DNA from: Dickeya dadantii NCPPB 898
GTDB taxonomy: Bacteria; Pseudomonadota; Gammaproteobacteria; Enterobacterales; Enterobacteriaceae
Direction of reading: 5' to 3'
DNA: 32,000 nt
Assembly: GCF_000406145.1 (NCBI RefSeq)
Contig: NZ_CM001976.1
Location: 4,579,545 to 4,611,544 of the forward strand
The position numbers and the translations under genes were made by a program. The first letter of the stretch is position 1. Every line of letters starts with the position of its first letter. The notes under the pieces are model-generated. The model had not been told where the DNA came from. It saw only the letters and a list, made by a program, of their open reading frames with translations, and did not search any database. This document shows positions 1 through 9,915 of this stretch, in pieces.

Positions 1-347
1 AGCACATCAACCTGTTGCTCTCGGGCCTGCGCCAGCCAGACTGACAGCAGATCGTCAGGGATCCAGTCATCCGCATCCACAAATCCGATCCACTCGCCAC
101 GGGCGCGATCCATACCGGTATTGCGCGCAGCAGAGGATCCCTGATTAGGTTGTTCGAGCAGAATCACCCTCGGATCGGCGCTGGCGATCGTCTGCAATAA
201 CGCCAGGCTGTTGTCCGTCGAGCCGTCATTCACCACAATCACTTCTATCGCCAGCGTATTCTGACTCAACAGCGATGCAAACAGCCCCGGAATATAGTCT
301 TCACAGTTATAAACAGGAATAATGATACTCAGGTCCACCTGACCCAT
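1..347 (-). CDS. Family-2 (GT-A fold) glycosyltransferase, first 115 codons; the rest lies beyond the window start
   Basis: Absent from the ORF track because it runs off the edge. The reverse complement from the ATG at 347 reads MGQVDLSIIIPVYNCEDYIPGLFASLLSQNTLAIEVIVVNDGSTDNSLALLQTIASADPRVILLEQPNQGSSAARNTGMDRARGEWIGFVDADDWI... IIIPVYN, NDGSTD and DADD are GT2 hallmarks. AAGGAA lies 6 nt upstream of the ATG. Confidence 0.8.
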   Translation of the reverse strand, partial: MGQVDLSIIIPVYNCEDYIPGLFASLLSQNTLAIEVIVVNDGSTDNSLALLQTIASADPRVILLEQPNQGSSAARNTGMDRARGEWIGFVDADDWIPDDLLSVWLAQAREQQVDV

Positions 348-398
348 GGGATGTTCCTTGATAATGGTTGGAGAAGCGATTGGCTGTGGCATACAGAT

Positions 399-1208
399 TT
401 AACGCTGACAACATTTACAGAAAAAAGTACTGCGCTGACCCTGTTTGATACTCTCAATCGGCGTGCCGCAATGGTGACAGGGCTCGCCGCTGCGGCCATA
501 GACCTGTAACTCCTGCGCGAAATAACCCGGTTTGCCATCGGACTGCAGGAAATCCCGCAGCGTGGTGCCGCCTTGCTCAATCGAGCGTTGCAATACCTGT
601 TTGATGGAACGTACCAGTTGGTCCGCTTCAACCTCAGACAACGAACCCGCCGGTCGGTTCGGCAGAACACCGGCATTAAACAGCGATTCGCTGGCGTAAA
701 TGTTGCCCACGCCCACCACCAGTTTGTTGTCCATAATCCACAGCTTGATCGGCGTTTTGCGGCCGCGGGATTGGGCAAACAGGTAGCGACCGGAAAAATC
801 GTCGCTCAGCGGTTCCGGCCCCAGATGTGCCAGCACCGAACTGGTCGCCGGATCGTCGCACCACAGCCAGGCGCCGAAACGACGCGGGTCGGTATAACGC
901 AGCACCTTACCGCTGTCCATCACCAGATCGACGTGGTCATGCTTATCCGGCTCGCTGTATTCCGGCAGCACCCGCAAACTGCCCGACATACCCAGATGTA
1001 CGATTATCCAGCCGGTCGGCAGTTCAATCAGCAGATATTTGGCCCGCCGCTGCACACTCAGCACCGGCGTATCGCTCAGCGATAGAATTTCAGGAGAGAC
1101 AGGCCAGCGCAGGCGCGCGTTACGCACCTCGGCATACAGAATGGTATGGCCGACCAGCCAGGGTGAAATGCCCCGGCGACTGGTTTCCACTTCGGGTAAT
1201 TCTGGCAT
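399..1208 (-). CDS. mutM: Formamidopyrimidine-DNA glycosylase (Fpg/MutM)
   Basis: 269 aa. N-terminal MPELPEVE (catalytic Pro2). C-terminal zinc finger CHHC...CKCC. Sits downstream of rpmBG as in E. coli. Confidence 0.97.
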   Translation of the reverse strand: MPELPEVETSRRGISPWLVGHTILYAEVRNARLRWPVSPEILSLSDTPVLSVQRRAKYLLIELPTGWIIVHLGMSGSLRVLPEYSEPDKHDHVDLVMDSGKVLRYTDPRRFGAWLWCDDPATSSVLAHLGPEPLSDDFSGRYLFAQSRGRKTPIKLWIMDNKLVVGVGNIYASESLFNAGVLPNRPAGSLSEVEADQLVRSIKQVLQRSIEQGGTTLRDFLQSDGKPGYFAQELQVYGRSGEPCHHCGTPIESIKQGQRSTFFCKCCQR

Positions 1209-1241
1209 GCGTCCTCCGGTGAAATGTCCTGCTGAAGCGAT

Positions 1242-1269
1242 AAAAAAACCCGGCCGAAGCCGGGTTTTT
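1242..1269 (-). terminator. Rho-independent terminator after rpmG
   Basis: The plus strand reads aaaaaaacccggc-cgaa-gccgggttttt. On the minus strand this is a GC stem followed by a T-run, 15 nt after the rpmG stop. Confidence 0.7.
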
Positions 1270-1283
1270 CAGATCCACTAAAA

Positions 1284-1454
<171 letters not shown>

Positions 1455-1462
1455 TCAGTTCC

Positions 1463-1860
<398 letters not shown>

Positions 1861-1865
1861 GGCGT

Positions 1866-1894
1866 AGTATACGCTTTGAAGCGTATGCGCTCAA
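1866..1894 (-). promoter_or_regulatory. Candidate sigma70 promoter of rpmBG
   Basis: The minus strand reads TTGAGC (1894-1889), a 17-nt spacer, then TATACT (1871-1866). Confidence 0.5.
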
Positions 1895-1937
1895 GTCCCG
1901 AACAGCTAAAGATCCCCCAGGATCGCGGAAATATCTT

Positions 1938-2603
1938 TCAAATCCACCCTCGCTCGGCAAAAGAAACGTACTCGCCGCGCCCGATCACCAGATGGTCGAG
2001 CACCCGAATATCCAGCAATTGGCAGGCTTGAGCAATTTTTCCGGTGATGGAGCGGTCGGCCTGACTGGGCTCCGCCCGGCCGGACGGATGGTTATGCGCC
2101 AGGATCAGCGCGGCGGCGTTGGCTTTGAGCGCCTCGCGCACAATCTCACGCGGATGCACCTCCACGCTACTGATCGTGCCGGCGAACATTTCCTGATGAC
2201 GAATCACCCGATGCTGGTTATCCAGAAACATCACCAGAAAGACCTCCCGTTCATGATGCGCCAGCAGCAATTGCAAGTACTGCTGCGTCACTTCCGGGTT
2301 GAGCATCGCATCCTCCCGCGCCAGGTGGGAAGAAAACAGCCGCCGGGCCAGTTCCGCCACCGCCTGCAACTGCGTGTATTTGGACACCCCCACGCCCCGT
2401 GCGTTACAAAAGGTGTCCTTGTCCGCCATCATGAGCTGATACAACGACCCAAATTGCATCAGCAGGCTTTCCGCCAGTTGCATCACATGCGTACCTGCGA
2501 TGCCGGTACGCAGGAAAATCGCCAGCAGCTCCGTATCGCTCAACGCCCCGGCGCCCAGCGCCATCAATTTTTCACGCGGCGCACATCCGTCATTCCATGC
2601 CAT
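1938..2603 (-). CDS. yicR: RadC-like JAB-domain protein YicR
   Basis: JAMM motif [18 protein letters not shown] placed the start at the internal ATG at 2603 ([14 protein letters not shown]...). It aligns with the E. coli YicR N-terminus and has GGAGGAGAG just upstream. The track ORF starts 33 nt earlier. Confidence 0.9.
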   Translation of the reverse strand: MAWNDGCAPREKLMALGAGALSDTELLAIFLRTGIAGTHVMQLAESLLMQFGSLYQLMMADKDTFCNARGVGVSKYTQLQAVAELARRLFSSHLAREDAMLNPEVTQQYLQLLLAHHEREVFLVMFLDNQHRVIRHQEMFAGTISSVEVHPREIVREALKANAAALILAHNHPSGRAEPSQADRSITGKIAQACQLLDIRVLDHLVIGRGEYVSFAERGWI

Positions 2604-2749
2604 TGCCACTCTCCTCCCCGAACGGTGGCTTATCATCTCATGCGTCTGTCGGAGGGACGACGGGCCGGTTCTCGGGCTGCGAGGCGTTCCGCAATTTTTC
2701 CTGTATCAGGAAATGCGATACCTAAGATTCCTCGACCTGTGGCAGCTTA

Positions 2750-2758
2750 TGATAAAAT
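2750..2758 (+). promoter_or_regulatory. Candidate extended -10 promoter of coaBC
   Basis: TGaTAAAAT at 2750-2758, 35 nt upstream of the coaBC ATG. No good -35. A 7-3-7 palindrome TTTCCTG-tat-CAGGAAA at 2697-2713 sits just upstream. Confidence 0.35.
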
Positions 2759-2792
2759 GCAGCCTCTTTTCGGCTGACAAACGGATATAACG

Positions 2793-4079
2793 ATGACAGA
2801 TTCTTCCAGTCTGCGCGGGCTTTCCGACACATCGCCTGCGGGAAAACATCTCGCGGGGAAACGTATCGCAGGGAAACATATTGTTCTGGGCATTAGCGGC
2901 GGCATCGCCGCCTACAAATGCCCGGAACTGGTTCGACGCCTGCGCGACAGGGGCGCCGAGGTTCGCGTGGTGATGACGCCCGCCGCCAGCGCATTTATCA
3001 CGCCGTTGACGCTGCAGGCGGTGTCCGGTTATCCGGTTTCGACCGATCTGCTGGATCCCGCCGCCGAGGCCGCCATGGGCCATATTGAGCTGGGGAAATG
3101 GGCGGACCTGGTGATTCTGGCCCCCGCTTCGGCAGACCTGATAGCCCGGCTGGCGGCCGGCATGGCCAACGATCTGCTGACTACCGTCTGTCTGGCGACG
3201 GCGGCGCCTGTCGCCATCGCGCCGGCCATGAACCAGCAGATGTACCGCGCCGCCGCCACACAGCACAATCTGGGCGTACTGGCCGCCCGCGGTGCGTTGA
3301 TCTGGGGCCCGGACAGCGGCAGTCAGGCCTGCGGCGATGTCGGCCCCGGCCGAATGATTGATCCGCTGGAGATTGTGGCGAACGCTGACGCGCACTTCTC
3401 CCGTGTCAACGATCTGCAACACCTCAGTGTTATGGTCACGGCAGGGCCGACACGTGAAGCGCTGGACCCGGTACGTTTCATCAGTAACCACAGTTCCGGG
3501 AAAATGGGATTTGCCATCGCCGCCGCCGCCGCCGCACGCGGAGCTCGCGTGACGCTGGTGACCGGCCCGGTTAATTTGCCGACGCCGGATAATGTCACCC
3601 GCATTGATGTCATTAGCGCGCAGGAAATGCACCAGGCGGTGATGCGTGAAGCGCCGCAACAGCATATCGTGGTGGGCTGCGCCGCCGTGGCGGACTACCG
3701 GGCGCAGGTGATCGCCGACGAAAAGATCAAAAAGCAGGGCGATGAAATCAGTGTCACTCTGGTCAAGAATCCGGATATCATCGCCGATGTGGCCGCCATG
3801 AGCGAAAACCGGCCTTATGTTGTCGGGTTTGCCGCCGAAACCAGTAATGTGGAAGAATACGCGCGCCAGAAACTGGCCCGCAAACAGCTGGACCTGATTT
3901 GCGCGAATGATGTATCCCTTTCCGATCAAGGGTTTGATTCGGAAAACAATGCATTGCATCTTTTCTGGCCGGGCGGGGATAAGCGCCTGCCGCACGGCAG
4001 CAAGCACCTGCTGGGTCAACAGTTAATCGACGAGATTGTCAGCCGTTATGATGAAAAAAATCGACGTAAAAATTCTTGA
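2793..4079 (+). CDS. coaBC: Bifunctional phosphopantothenoylcysteine decarboxylase / phosphopantothenate-cysteine ligase
   Basis: 428 aa, collinear with my recollection of E. coli Dfp ([48 protein letters not shown]). The N-terminus is about 20 aa longer and contains a triplicated AGK(H/R)(L/I) repeat. Confidence 0.95.
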   Translation: MTDSSSLRGLSDTSPAGKHLAGKRIAGKHIVLGISGGIAAYKCPELVRRLRDRGAEVRVVMTPAASAFITPLTLQAVSGYPVSTDLLDPAAEAAMGHIELGKWADLVILAPASADLIARLAAGMANDLLTTVCLATAAPVAIAPAMNQQMYRAAATQHNLGVLAARGALIWGPDSGSQACGDVGPGRMIDPLEIVANADAHFSRVNDLQHLSVMVTAGPTREALDPVRFISNHSSGKMGFAIAAAAAARGARVTLVTGPVNLPTPDNVTRIDVISAQEMHQAVMREAPQQHIVVGCAAVADYRAQVIADEKIKKQGDEISVTLVKNPDIIADVAAMSENRPYVVGFAAETSNVEEYARQKLARKQLDLICANDVSLSDQGFDSENNALHLFWPGGDKRLPHGSKHLLGQQLIDEIVSRYDEKNRRKNS

Positions 4080-4506
4080 TGCGCGTATCGGGCAACAGTT
4101 CCCGTTGCCGACCTATGCAACGCCGGGTTCCGCCGGGCTGGACCTGCGCGCCTGTCTGGACACCGCGGTGGAACTGGCGGCTGGCGCAACCACGCTGGTG
4201 CCGACCGGTCTGGCTATCCACATCGCCGACCCGTCGCTGGCTGCGGTGATCCTGCCGCGCTCGGGTCTTGGTCACAAACATGGTGTGGTGCTGGGCAATC
4301 TGGTGGGTTTGATCGATTCCGACTACCAGGGTCAGCTGATGGTGTCGGTCTGGAACCGCGGCAGCCAGTCTTTTATCATCGAACCCGGTGAACGCATTGC
4401 CCAGATGGTATTCGTGCCGGTGGTGCAGGCCGAATTCAATCTGGTTAACGATTTCGTCGGCAGCGAACGGGGAGAAGGTGGTTTCGGCCATTCCGGCCGT
4501 CACTGA
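4048..4506 (+). CDS. dut: dUTP diphosphatase
   Basis: [11 protein letters not shown]..., [28 protein letters not shown]. The start is set at ATG 4048; the track start at 4036 is a TTG. It overlaps the coaBC 3' end as in E. coli. Confidence 0.96.
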   Translation: MMKKIDVKILDARIGQQFPLPTYATPGSAGLDLRACLDTAVELAAGATTLVPTGLAIHIADPSLAAVILPRSGLGHKHGVVLGNLVGLIDSDYQGQLMVSVWNRGSQSFIIEPGERIAQMVFVPVVQAEFNLVNDFVGSERGEGGFGHSGRH

Positions 4507-4614
4507 TACGCCACATCCCTGCCTCCCAGGAAAACTATAAAGCCACAGCGTTAATGCGACTGTGGCGCTATCTGGTGTTTGTCCGTCACATTTTTATCAA
4601 GGGTCTTTTCTGAC

Positions 4615-5211
4615 ATGGCAGAGAAAGAAAATACGAAAAGGAACCGTCGCGAAGAAATTCTGCAGGCGCTGGCGCAAATGCTGGAATCCAGCGACGGTAG
4701 TCAACGCATTACCACCGCCAAGCTGGCCGCCACCGTCGGCGTTTCGGAAGCCGCGCTTTACCGGCACTTTCCCAGCAAAACGCGGATGTTTGACAGCCTG
4801 ATCGAATTTATTGAAGACAGCCTGACCACCCGCATCAACCTGATTCTGCAGGATGAAAAAGACACCTTTAACCGGCTACGGCTGATTTTGTTGCTGATTC
4901 TCGGCTTTGCGGAGAAAAACCCCGGCCTGACGCGCATTCTCACCGGCCACGCGCTGATGTTCGAGCAGGACCGCTTGCAGGGCCGCATCAACCAGCTGTT
5001 TGACCGCATTGAATCTCAGCTACGTCAGGTGCTGCGCGAACATAAGTTGCGTAGCGGCGAAGCGTTTCGTCATGATGAAACATTGCTGGCAAGCCAGTTG
5101 CTGGCGTTCTGCGAAGGCATGCTGTCCCGCTTTACCCGCTCCGAGTTTCGCACTCTGCCCACGCAGGATTTCGATACCCGCTGGCCGCTGCTGGCCGCCC
5201 AGCTTCAGTAA
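4615..5211 (+). CDS. slmA: Nucleoid occlusion factor SlmA (TetR family)
   Basis: 198 aa from ATG 4615: [55 protein letters not shown], near-identical to E. coli SlmA as I recall it. Confidence 0.95.
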   Translation: MAEKENTKRNRREEILQALAQMLESSDGSQRITTAKLAATVGVSEAALYRHFPSKTRMFDSLIEFIEDSLTTRINLILQDEKDTFNRLRLILLLILGFAEKNPGLTRILTGHALMFEQDRLQGRINQLFDRIESQLRQVLREHKLRSGEAFRHDETLLASQLLAFCEGMLSRFTRSEFRTLPTQDFDTRWPLLAAQLQ

Positions 5212-5218
5212 ACGCACC

Positions 5219-5237
5219 GCGTGGCACATCGCCACGC
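5219..5237. terminator. Hairpin between convergent slmA and pyrE
   Basis: GCGTGGC-acatc-GCCACGC, a 7-bp perfect stem. No clear T-run on either side. Confidence 0.35.
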
Positions 5238-5276
5238 CGCTTACTTCACGCCCGCTATTTTACACACCGAACTGTT

Positions 5277-5918
5277 TTACACGCCGAACTGTGCGCGATA
5301 GGCTTTCACCGCCTCCAGGTGCGCAGCCATCTCCGGTTTTTCCGCCAGATAGGTAATCAGCTCCTGCAGGGTGATAATTGAGGTGACCTTGCACTGGAAA
5401 TCGCGTTCTACTTCCTGAATGGCAGACAGCTCGCCACGGCCACGCTCCTGCCTGTCCAGCGCGATCAGCACGCCCGCCAGCGAGGCGCCCTGTGCGGCGA
5501 TGATCTCCATCGACTCGCGAATGGCGGTGCCGGCGGTAATCACATCGTCCACCAGCATGATACGCCCCTTGAGCGGACTGCCGACCAGATTGCCGCCCTC
5601 GCCGTGATCCTTGGCTTCCTTACGATTGAAGCAGTACGGCACGTCGCGGTCGTGGTGCTCCGCCAGCGCCACCGCGGTGGTGGTGGCGATCGGAATGCCC
5701 TTGTAGGCCGGCCCGAACAATACGTCGAATTCAACGCCGGCATCCACCAGCGCTTCAGCATAAAAGCGCCCCAGCAACGCTAGATCGCGCCCGGTGTTGA
5801 ACAGCCCGGCATTGAAGAAATAGGGGCTAATGCGCCCGGATTTCAGGGTAAATTCGCCGAACTTCAGTACCTGCTTGCTGAGTGCGAATTCGATAAACTG
5901 GCGCTGATAGGCTTTCAT
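5277..5918 (-). CDS. pyrE: Orotate phosphoribosyltransferase
   Basis: 213 aa from ATG 5918 ([29 protein letters not shown]...). PRPP loop [13 protein letters not shown]. Strong GGAGAGGGAG Shine-Dalgarno. The track ORF starts 57 nt too early. Confidence 0.97.
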   Translation of the reverse strand: MKAYQRQFIEFALSKQVLKFGEFTLKSGRISPYFFNAGLFNTGRDLALLGRFYAEALVDAGVEFDVLFGPAYKGIPIATTTAVALAEHHDRDVPYCFNRKEAKDHGEGGNLVGSPLKGRIMLVDDVITAGTAIRESMEIIAAQGASLAGVLIALDRQERGRGELSAIQEVERDFQCKVTSIITLQELITYLAEKPEMAAHLEAVKAYRAQFGV

Positions 5919-5994
5919 GACTCCCTCTCCTGTAACGATGGCGGATGGCGGGACGTCCCGCCGTTCTGACGACATAGCATAAAAAACGATGGCA

Positions 5995-6021
5995 TAAAAA
6001 AGCGACCACTGGGGTCGCTTT
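5995..6021 (-). terminator. rph-pyrE intercistronic attenuator hairpin
   Basis: The minus strand reads AGCGACC-ccagt-GGTCGCT followed by TTTTTTAT. It begins about 10 nt after the rph stop codon and lies 83 nt before the pyrE ATG. A second hairpin GGCGGGAC/GTCCCGCC is at 5948-5962. Confidence 0.65.
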
Positions 6022-6028
6022 AAAAAAT

Positions 6029-6745
6029 TTAATCGGCCAGTGCGGCCTTCTGCGCTCGGACAATGTCTTCGATGCCCTGGCGCGCCAGCGCCAGCAACGA
6101 CAGCAACTCGTCATGACTGAACGGTTCGCCCTCTGCGGTGCCCTGCACCTCGATCATCCGACCGTCTTCGGTCATCACCACGTTCATGTCGGTTTCCGCC
6201 GCGGAGTCTTCCACGTATTCCAGGTCGCACACCGCTTCGCCGTTGACAATCCCGACTGATACTGCCGCCACCATGCCTTTCAGCGGGCTGGTTTTCAGCT
6301 TGCCGCTGGCAACCATGCCGTTGAGCGCGTCGGCCAACGCCACACAGGCGCCGGTGATGGACGCGGTACGGGTGCCGCCGTCGGCCTGCAACACATCGCA
6401 ATCCAACGTAATAGTGTATTCACCCAGTTTGTTCAGATCGACCGCGGCGCGCAGCGAACGAGCGATCAGACGCTGAATTTCCAGCGTACGGCCGCCCTGC
6501 TTGCCTTTCGCCGCTTCGCGGGCGTTACGGCTGTGGGTAGAGCGCGGCAACATACCGTATTCGGCGGTAATCCAGCCTTGTCCCTGACCTTTCAGGAAAC
6601 GCGGCACCCCGTCTTCTACCGTGGCGTTGCACAACACTTTGGTATCGCCGAACTCCACCAGCACCGATCCTTCGGCATGTTTGGTGTAGTGACGGGTTAA
6701 TGTGAGAGGGCGAATTTGCTGGGCACTTCGGCCTGTTGGGCGCAT
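6029..6745 (-). CDS. rph: Ribonuclease PH (full length)
   Basis: 238 aa, [39 protein letters not shown]..., with [12 protein letters not shown]. Confidence 0.97.
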   Translation of the reverse strand: MRPTGRSAQQIRPLTLTRHYTKHAEGSVLVEFGDTKVLCNATVEDGVPRFLKGQGQGWITAEYGMLPRSTHSRNAREAAKGKQGGRTLEIQRLIARSLRAAVDLNKLGEYTITLDCDVLQADGGTRTASITGACVALADALNGMVASGKLKTSPLKGMVAAVSVGIVNGEAVCDLEYVEDSAAETDMNVVMTEDGRMIEVQGTAEGEPFSHDELLSLLALARQGIEDIVRAQKAALAD

Positions 6746-6781
6746 GGCTCATCTCCGGGCAGGTTCATTAAACTGGCGCGC

Positions 6782-6810
6782 ATTATACGGTCTTCCCCCT
6801 GCCCTGCCTA
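6782..6810 (-). promoter_or_regulatory. Candidate rph promoter
   Basis: The minus strand reads TAGGCA (6810-6805), a 17-nt spacer, then a perfect TATAAT (6787-6782), 37 nt upstream of the rph ATG. Confidence 0.45.
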
Positions 6811-6925
6811 CCGCCAGTCGGGATTAAAATTTCATCAATTTTTTTCCGTTGCCGCCCGATTCACTGGCTGGAGAGCCGCCGCCCGGCCATGTAGAATGCG
6901 GGTATTGTCTACCCGCAGGCCTTTG

Positions 6926-7327
6926 ATGCTCATGAGTGACCCAGCCTCTTCACCGACGCCACCGACGTCACCCGACAAGAAAACCCCGTGGCAGCAGCAG
7001 GGTTCGACGCCGGATTACCGCTTTTCGCTGGCCAACGAGCGCACGTTTCTGGCCTGGATCCGCACTGCGCTGGCGTTTCTGGCGGGCGCCGTCGCCATTG
7101 ACCAGTTTGCGCCCACGCTGGCGCCGCCCGCCGTTCGGGGCGGCATTGCGGTGTTTCTGTCGCTGGCGGCGGCGCTGCTGGCATGGATGGCTTACCGACG
7201 CTGGGCCGATAACGAGCGGGCGATGCGCACCGGGCAAGCGCTGCCTTATACCCGCCTGCTGATTATCATCGCCAGTTGCGTGAGCGCCATTTCCGTTGCG
7301 CTGGCGTTGGTTATCCTGTTGTTGTAG
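6926..7327 (+). CDS. yidH: DUF202 inner-membrane protein, YidH-like
   Basis: PDYRFSLANERTFLAWIRTALAFLAGAVAIDQF matches the E. coli YidH core as I recall it. There are 3 predicted TM segments. Start at ATG 6926 (or 6932). The track ORF start at 6716 overlaps rph and is rejected. A possible TGGAGA-17-TAGAAT promoter lies at 6869-6897. Confidence 0.8.
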   Translation: MLMSDPASSPTPPTSPDKKTPWQQQGSTPDYRFSLANERTFLAWIRTALAFLAGAVAIDQFAPTLAPPAVRGGIAVFLSLAAALLAWMAYRRWADNERAMRTGQALPYTRLLIIIASCVSAISVALALVILLL

Positions 7328-7333
7328 GCCGCT

Positions 7334-7666
7334 ATGATACCCCCTGACGATACCCCGCCGCGCGATCCGGGCCTACAGCCGGAACGCACTCGGCTTGCCT
7401 GGTCGCGGACCGCATTTGTGCTGCTGGTCAACAGCGTACTGCTGTTGAAAGCCGGCTCGATGAAAAGCCAGCCACTGATGCTGGTCATCGGGCTGTTTCT
7501 GCTGCTGATGACGCTAGTCACCTATATCTGGTCGCGCCTGCGGTTGCGCGCCCTGCTGCGCAGCGGCTATCCCTGTACCCGGCAATCGATGTGGATGATG
7601 CGGCTGCTGATGCTGACGGTCATGGTGACCGCATTAAGCTTGCTGGTGGGTTTCATCAACGGTTAA
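7334..7666 (+). CDS. yidG: DUF202 inner-membrane protein, YidG-like
   Basis: 110 aa. DPGLQPERTRLAWSRTAF motif followed by hydrophobic segments. Starts 6 nt after the yidH-like stop. Confidence 0.75.
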   Translation: MIPPDDTPPRDPGLQPERTRLAWSRTAFVLLVNSVLLLKAGSMKSQPLMLVIGLFLLLMTLVTYIWSRLRLRALLRSGYPCTRQSMWMMRLLMLTVMVTALSLLVGFING

Positions 7667-7801
7667 ACACGATCGCCGCGCGTATTTTTCGTCAATACAG
7701 AAGATTTTGATCTGCCTGCCCCGACATAACCCGCCGCTATACCCTGCGGGCATTTGGAAACAGTAATTCTTAAATAACAATAAATTAAACCAACCTCACC
7801 C

Positions 7802-7831
7802 TATAACATCAGGTTATACCCTACCTATAAA
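7802..7831 (+). promoter_or_regulatory. Candidate promoter with an operator-like palindrome upstream of the dgcN-like operon
   Basis: Perfect 6-5-6 inverted repeat TATAAC-atcag-GTTATA (7802-7818). It overlaps ATAACA (7803-7808), a 17-nt spacer and TATAAA (7826-7831), inside a 250-bp AT-rich intergenic region. Confidence 0.3.
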
Positions 7832-7917
7832 CAAGCATTCGTCAGAAAAAAAGCATCGTGGAATAGTCTTAAACATCTTCTTTTATGTCATCACTACGCA
7901 ACTACGGATAAGACATC

Positions 7918-8925
7918 ATGCTGATCCCACAACCTTACCTGCTTTTTCTTGGCGACGTGACCGACCCGCTGGCGGTAAAAACGGCGCGCGGCATTCACAC
8001 CTGGCGCCCCGAACAGTGCGTAGGACAGCTGCGCCTGCCGGGCAGCACGGTGTCGCTGGGGCTCGATGATCTGGATATTCCGTCCGCCGTGGCGCGCGGC
8101 GCCAAAACGCTGGTGCTGGGCACCGCCAACGCCGGCGGTTTACTGCCGCCGCACTGGCTGGATACCGTGCGTGCCGCCATCGAAGCCGGTATGAACGTCG
8201 CCAACGGCCTGCATCAGCGCCTGATCGACGTCCCCGGCTTACAGGCACTGGCGGAGCAACATCAGGTACAGTTGTTCGATATTCGTCATATGCGCCCGGA
8301 GCTGACCGTCGGCAGCGGTAAGAAACGCAGCGGCAAACGCGTGCTGACCGTCGGCACCGACTGCTCGGTCGGCAAAATGTACACCTCGCTGGCGCTGGAA
8401 TCCGCCATGCGCGCACAGGGTCTGAAAGCCGATTTCCGCGCCACCGGACAGACCGGGGTGCTGGTCGCCGGCGATGGCATCGCCATTGACGCGGTGATCG
8501 CCGACTTCATCGCCGGCGCGGCGGAAGCGCTGTCACCCGCCAACGACGATGACCATTGGGATATCGTCGAAGGTCAGGGTTCGCTGTTTCATCCGTCCTA
8601 CGCCGGGGTGACCACCGGTCTTATCCACGGCGCACAGCCGCACTGGCTGGTGATGTGCCACGAAATGGGTCGTCCGCACATGCGTCACCTGCCCCATCAG
8701 CCGATGGTGGAACTGGGCGACTGCGTGGACGCCAACCTGCGCGCCGCCCGCGTCACCAACCCGGATGTACAGTTGGCCGGTTTCGCCATCAATACCTCCA
8801 ACTATGGTGAACAGGCAGCGCGCGATTACTGCCGCGAACTGAGCGAACGTTTTGGCGTGCCCGCCACCGACCCGATCCGCTTCGGTATCGATGACATTGC
8901 AACGCTGCTGAAAACCCGGGGGTAA
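7918..8925 (+). CDS. dgcN: DUF1611-family protein (D-glutamate N-acetyltransferase DgcN-like)
   Basis: 335 aa. The GTDCSVGKMYTSL P-loop-like motif and overall layout are as I recall for PF07755. It is paired with an enolase-superfamily epimerase 4 nt downstream, the DgcN/DgcA arrangement. Confidence 0.7.
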   Translation: MLIPQPYLLFLGDVTDPLAVKTARGIHTWRPEQCVGQLRLPGSTVSLGLDDLDIPSAVARGAKTLVLGTANAGGLLPPHWLDTVRAAIEAGMNVANGLHQRLIDVPGLQALAEQHQVQLFDIRHMRPELTVGSGKKRSGKRVLTVGTDCSVGKMYTSLALESAMRAQGLKADFRATGQTGVLVAGDGIAIDAVIADFIAGAAEALSPANDDDHWDIVEGQGSLFHPSYAGVTTGLIHGAQPHWLVMCHEMGRPHMRHLPHQPMVELGDCVDANLRAARVTNPDVQLAGFAINTSNYGEQAARDYCRELSERFGVPATDPIRFGIDDIATLLKTRG

Positions 8926-8929
8926 ACCC

Positions 8930-9895
8930 ATGCGACAAATGCAAATCGAAACCGTGGAACTGCCGCTGGCCCGTCCTTTCGCCATTTCCCGCGGTACCCG
9001 TACCGCCGTCACCGTGGTACGGGTGACGCTGGAAGAGCGCGGCTTTATCGGCCGGGGAGAATGCACCCCCACCGCCCACTATCAGGAAACCGCCGACAGC
9101 GTGACCCGCCAGTTGGAAACCGTGCGTCGGGTGGTAGAGAACGGCGTCGGTCTGGATGCGTTGCAGCAGCTGTTGCCGCCGGGATCGGCCCGCAACGCGC
9201 TGGACTGCGCCCTGTGGCGGCTGAACGCCGCGCTTGCCAGACAGACGCTGTGGCAGCACCTCGCCATCGCGCCGCCGCAGTCGATCATCACCGCCGAAAC
9301 CCTGAGTCTCGACAGCGTGGAAAACATGGCCAATGCCGCCAAAGACGCGGTTTCCCGCGGCGCACTGCTGCTGAAAATCAAGCTCGACCGGGAACAGATT
9401 CTGGAAAAGGTAGCGGCGATTCGCCAGTCCGCGCCCAACGTGACGCTGATTGTCGACGCCAACGAAGCCTGGAGCGGGCTGGAACTGGAGCCGCTGCTGC
9501 GCCAGTTGGCCGCGCATCGCATCGCGATGGTGGAACAACCGTTGCCCGCCGGGCAGGACAGCGCGCTGGCGACGTTTGAACACGCCATTCCGGTGTGCGC
9601 CGACGAAAGCTGTCATTACCGTGGCGACATTGCCGCCCTGCGCGACCGTTACGAGATGATCAATATCAAACTGGACAAGTGCGGCGGGCTGACCGAAGCG
9701 CTGGCGATGGTGGCCGAAGCGCGCCAGTACGACATGCGCATCATGGTGGGCTGCATGCTCGGCTCCTCGCTGGCGATGGAGGCCGCCATGCCGGCGGCGC
9801 TGGCCGCCGAACACGTGGATCTGGACGGCCCGATCTGGCTGGCGGCGGACAGCTCGCCGTACCTGACCTATAACCTCGGCCGCATCTGGCTGTGA
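8930..9895 (+). CDS. dgcA: Enolase-superfamily (MR/MLE) dipeptide epimerase / N-acetyl-D-Glu racemase DgcA-like
   Basis: 321 aa with the KxK (LLKIKLD), DANEAW, MVEQP, CADES and NIKLDKCGG catalytic and metal-ligand motifs of L-Ala-D/L-Glu epimerase-type enzymes. Confidence 0.75.
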   Translation: MRQMQIETVELPLARPFAISRGTRTAVTVVRVTLEERGFIGRGECTPTAHYQETADSVTRQLETVRRVVENGVGLDALQQLLPPGSARNALDCALWRLNAALARQTLWQHLAIAPPQSIITAETLSLDSVENMANAAKDAVSRGALLLKIKLDREQILEKVAAIRQSAPNVTLIVDANEAWSGLELEPLLRQLAAHRIAMVEQPLPAGQDSALATFEHAIPVCADESCHYRGDIAALRDRYEMINIKLDKCGGLTEALAMVAEARQYDMRIMVGCMLGSSLAMEAAMPAALAAEHVDLDGPIWLAADSSPYLTYNLGRIWL

Positions 9896-9915
9896 CAGAA
9901 CCTACCGGAGTGACG

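Noticed and set aside
329-1281. Several 60-170-aa ORFs overlapping mutM (329-778, 573-1085, 827-1222, 1039-1281)
   Set aside because: They are alternative frames of mutM or its flanks. mutM itself is unambiguous.
1901-1937. Weak GATCC-tggg-GGATC hairpin after the yicR stop, as a possible terminator
   Set aside because: It has only 5 bp and a 3-nt T-run, which is too weak to annotate.
2706-4019. 437-aa ORF antisense to coaBC
   Set aside because: It lies entirely opposite a highly conserved Dfp coding frame. Its R/G/H-rich low-complexity composition is typical of stop-free antisense frames in GC-rich DNA, and no recognisable motif is present.
6716-6925. N-terminal extension of the yidH-like ORF as listed in the track
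   Set aside because: It would overlap the rph start and promoter. Homology to YidH begins only after the ATG at 6926/6932.
6746-6925. Island boundary signals (tRNA, integrase, att repeats) at the rph-side and yicC-side (29031-29159) edges of the 22-kb block
   Set aside because: I could not recognise any tRNA-like sequence, integrase ORF or shared direct repeat by eye. The block is therefore not called a mobile genomic island.
9892-9915. GTG start of gsiA overlapping the epimerase stop
   Set aside because: Kept only as an alternative. ATG 9916 has a well-spaced GGAG. Either choice leaves the genes coupled.
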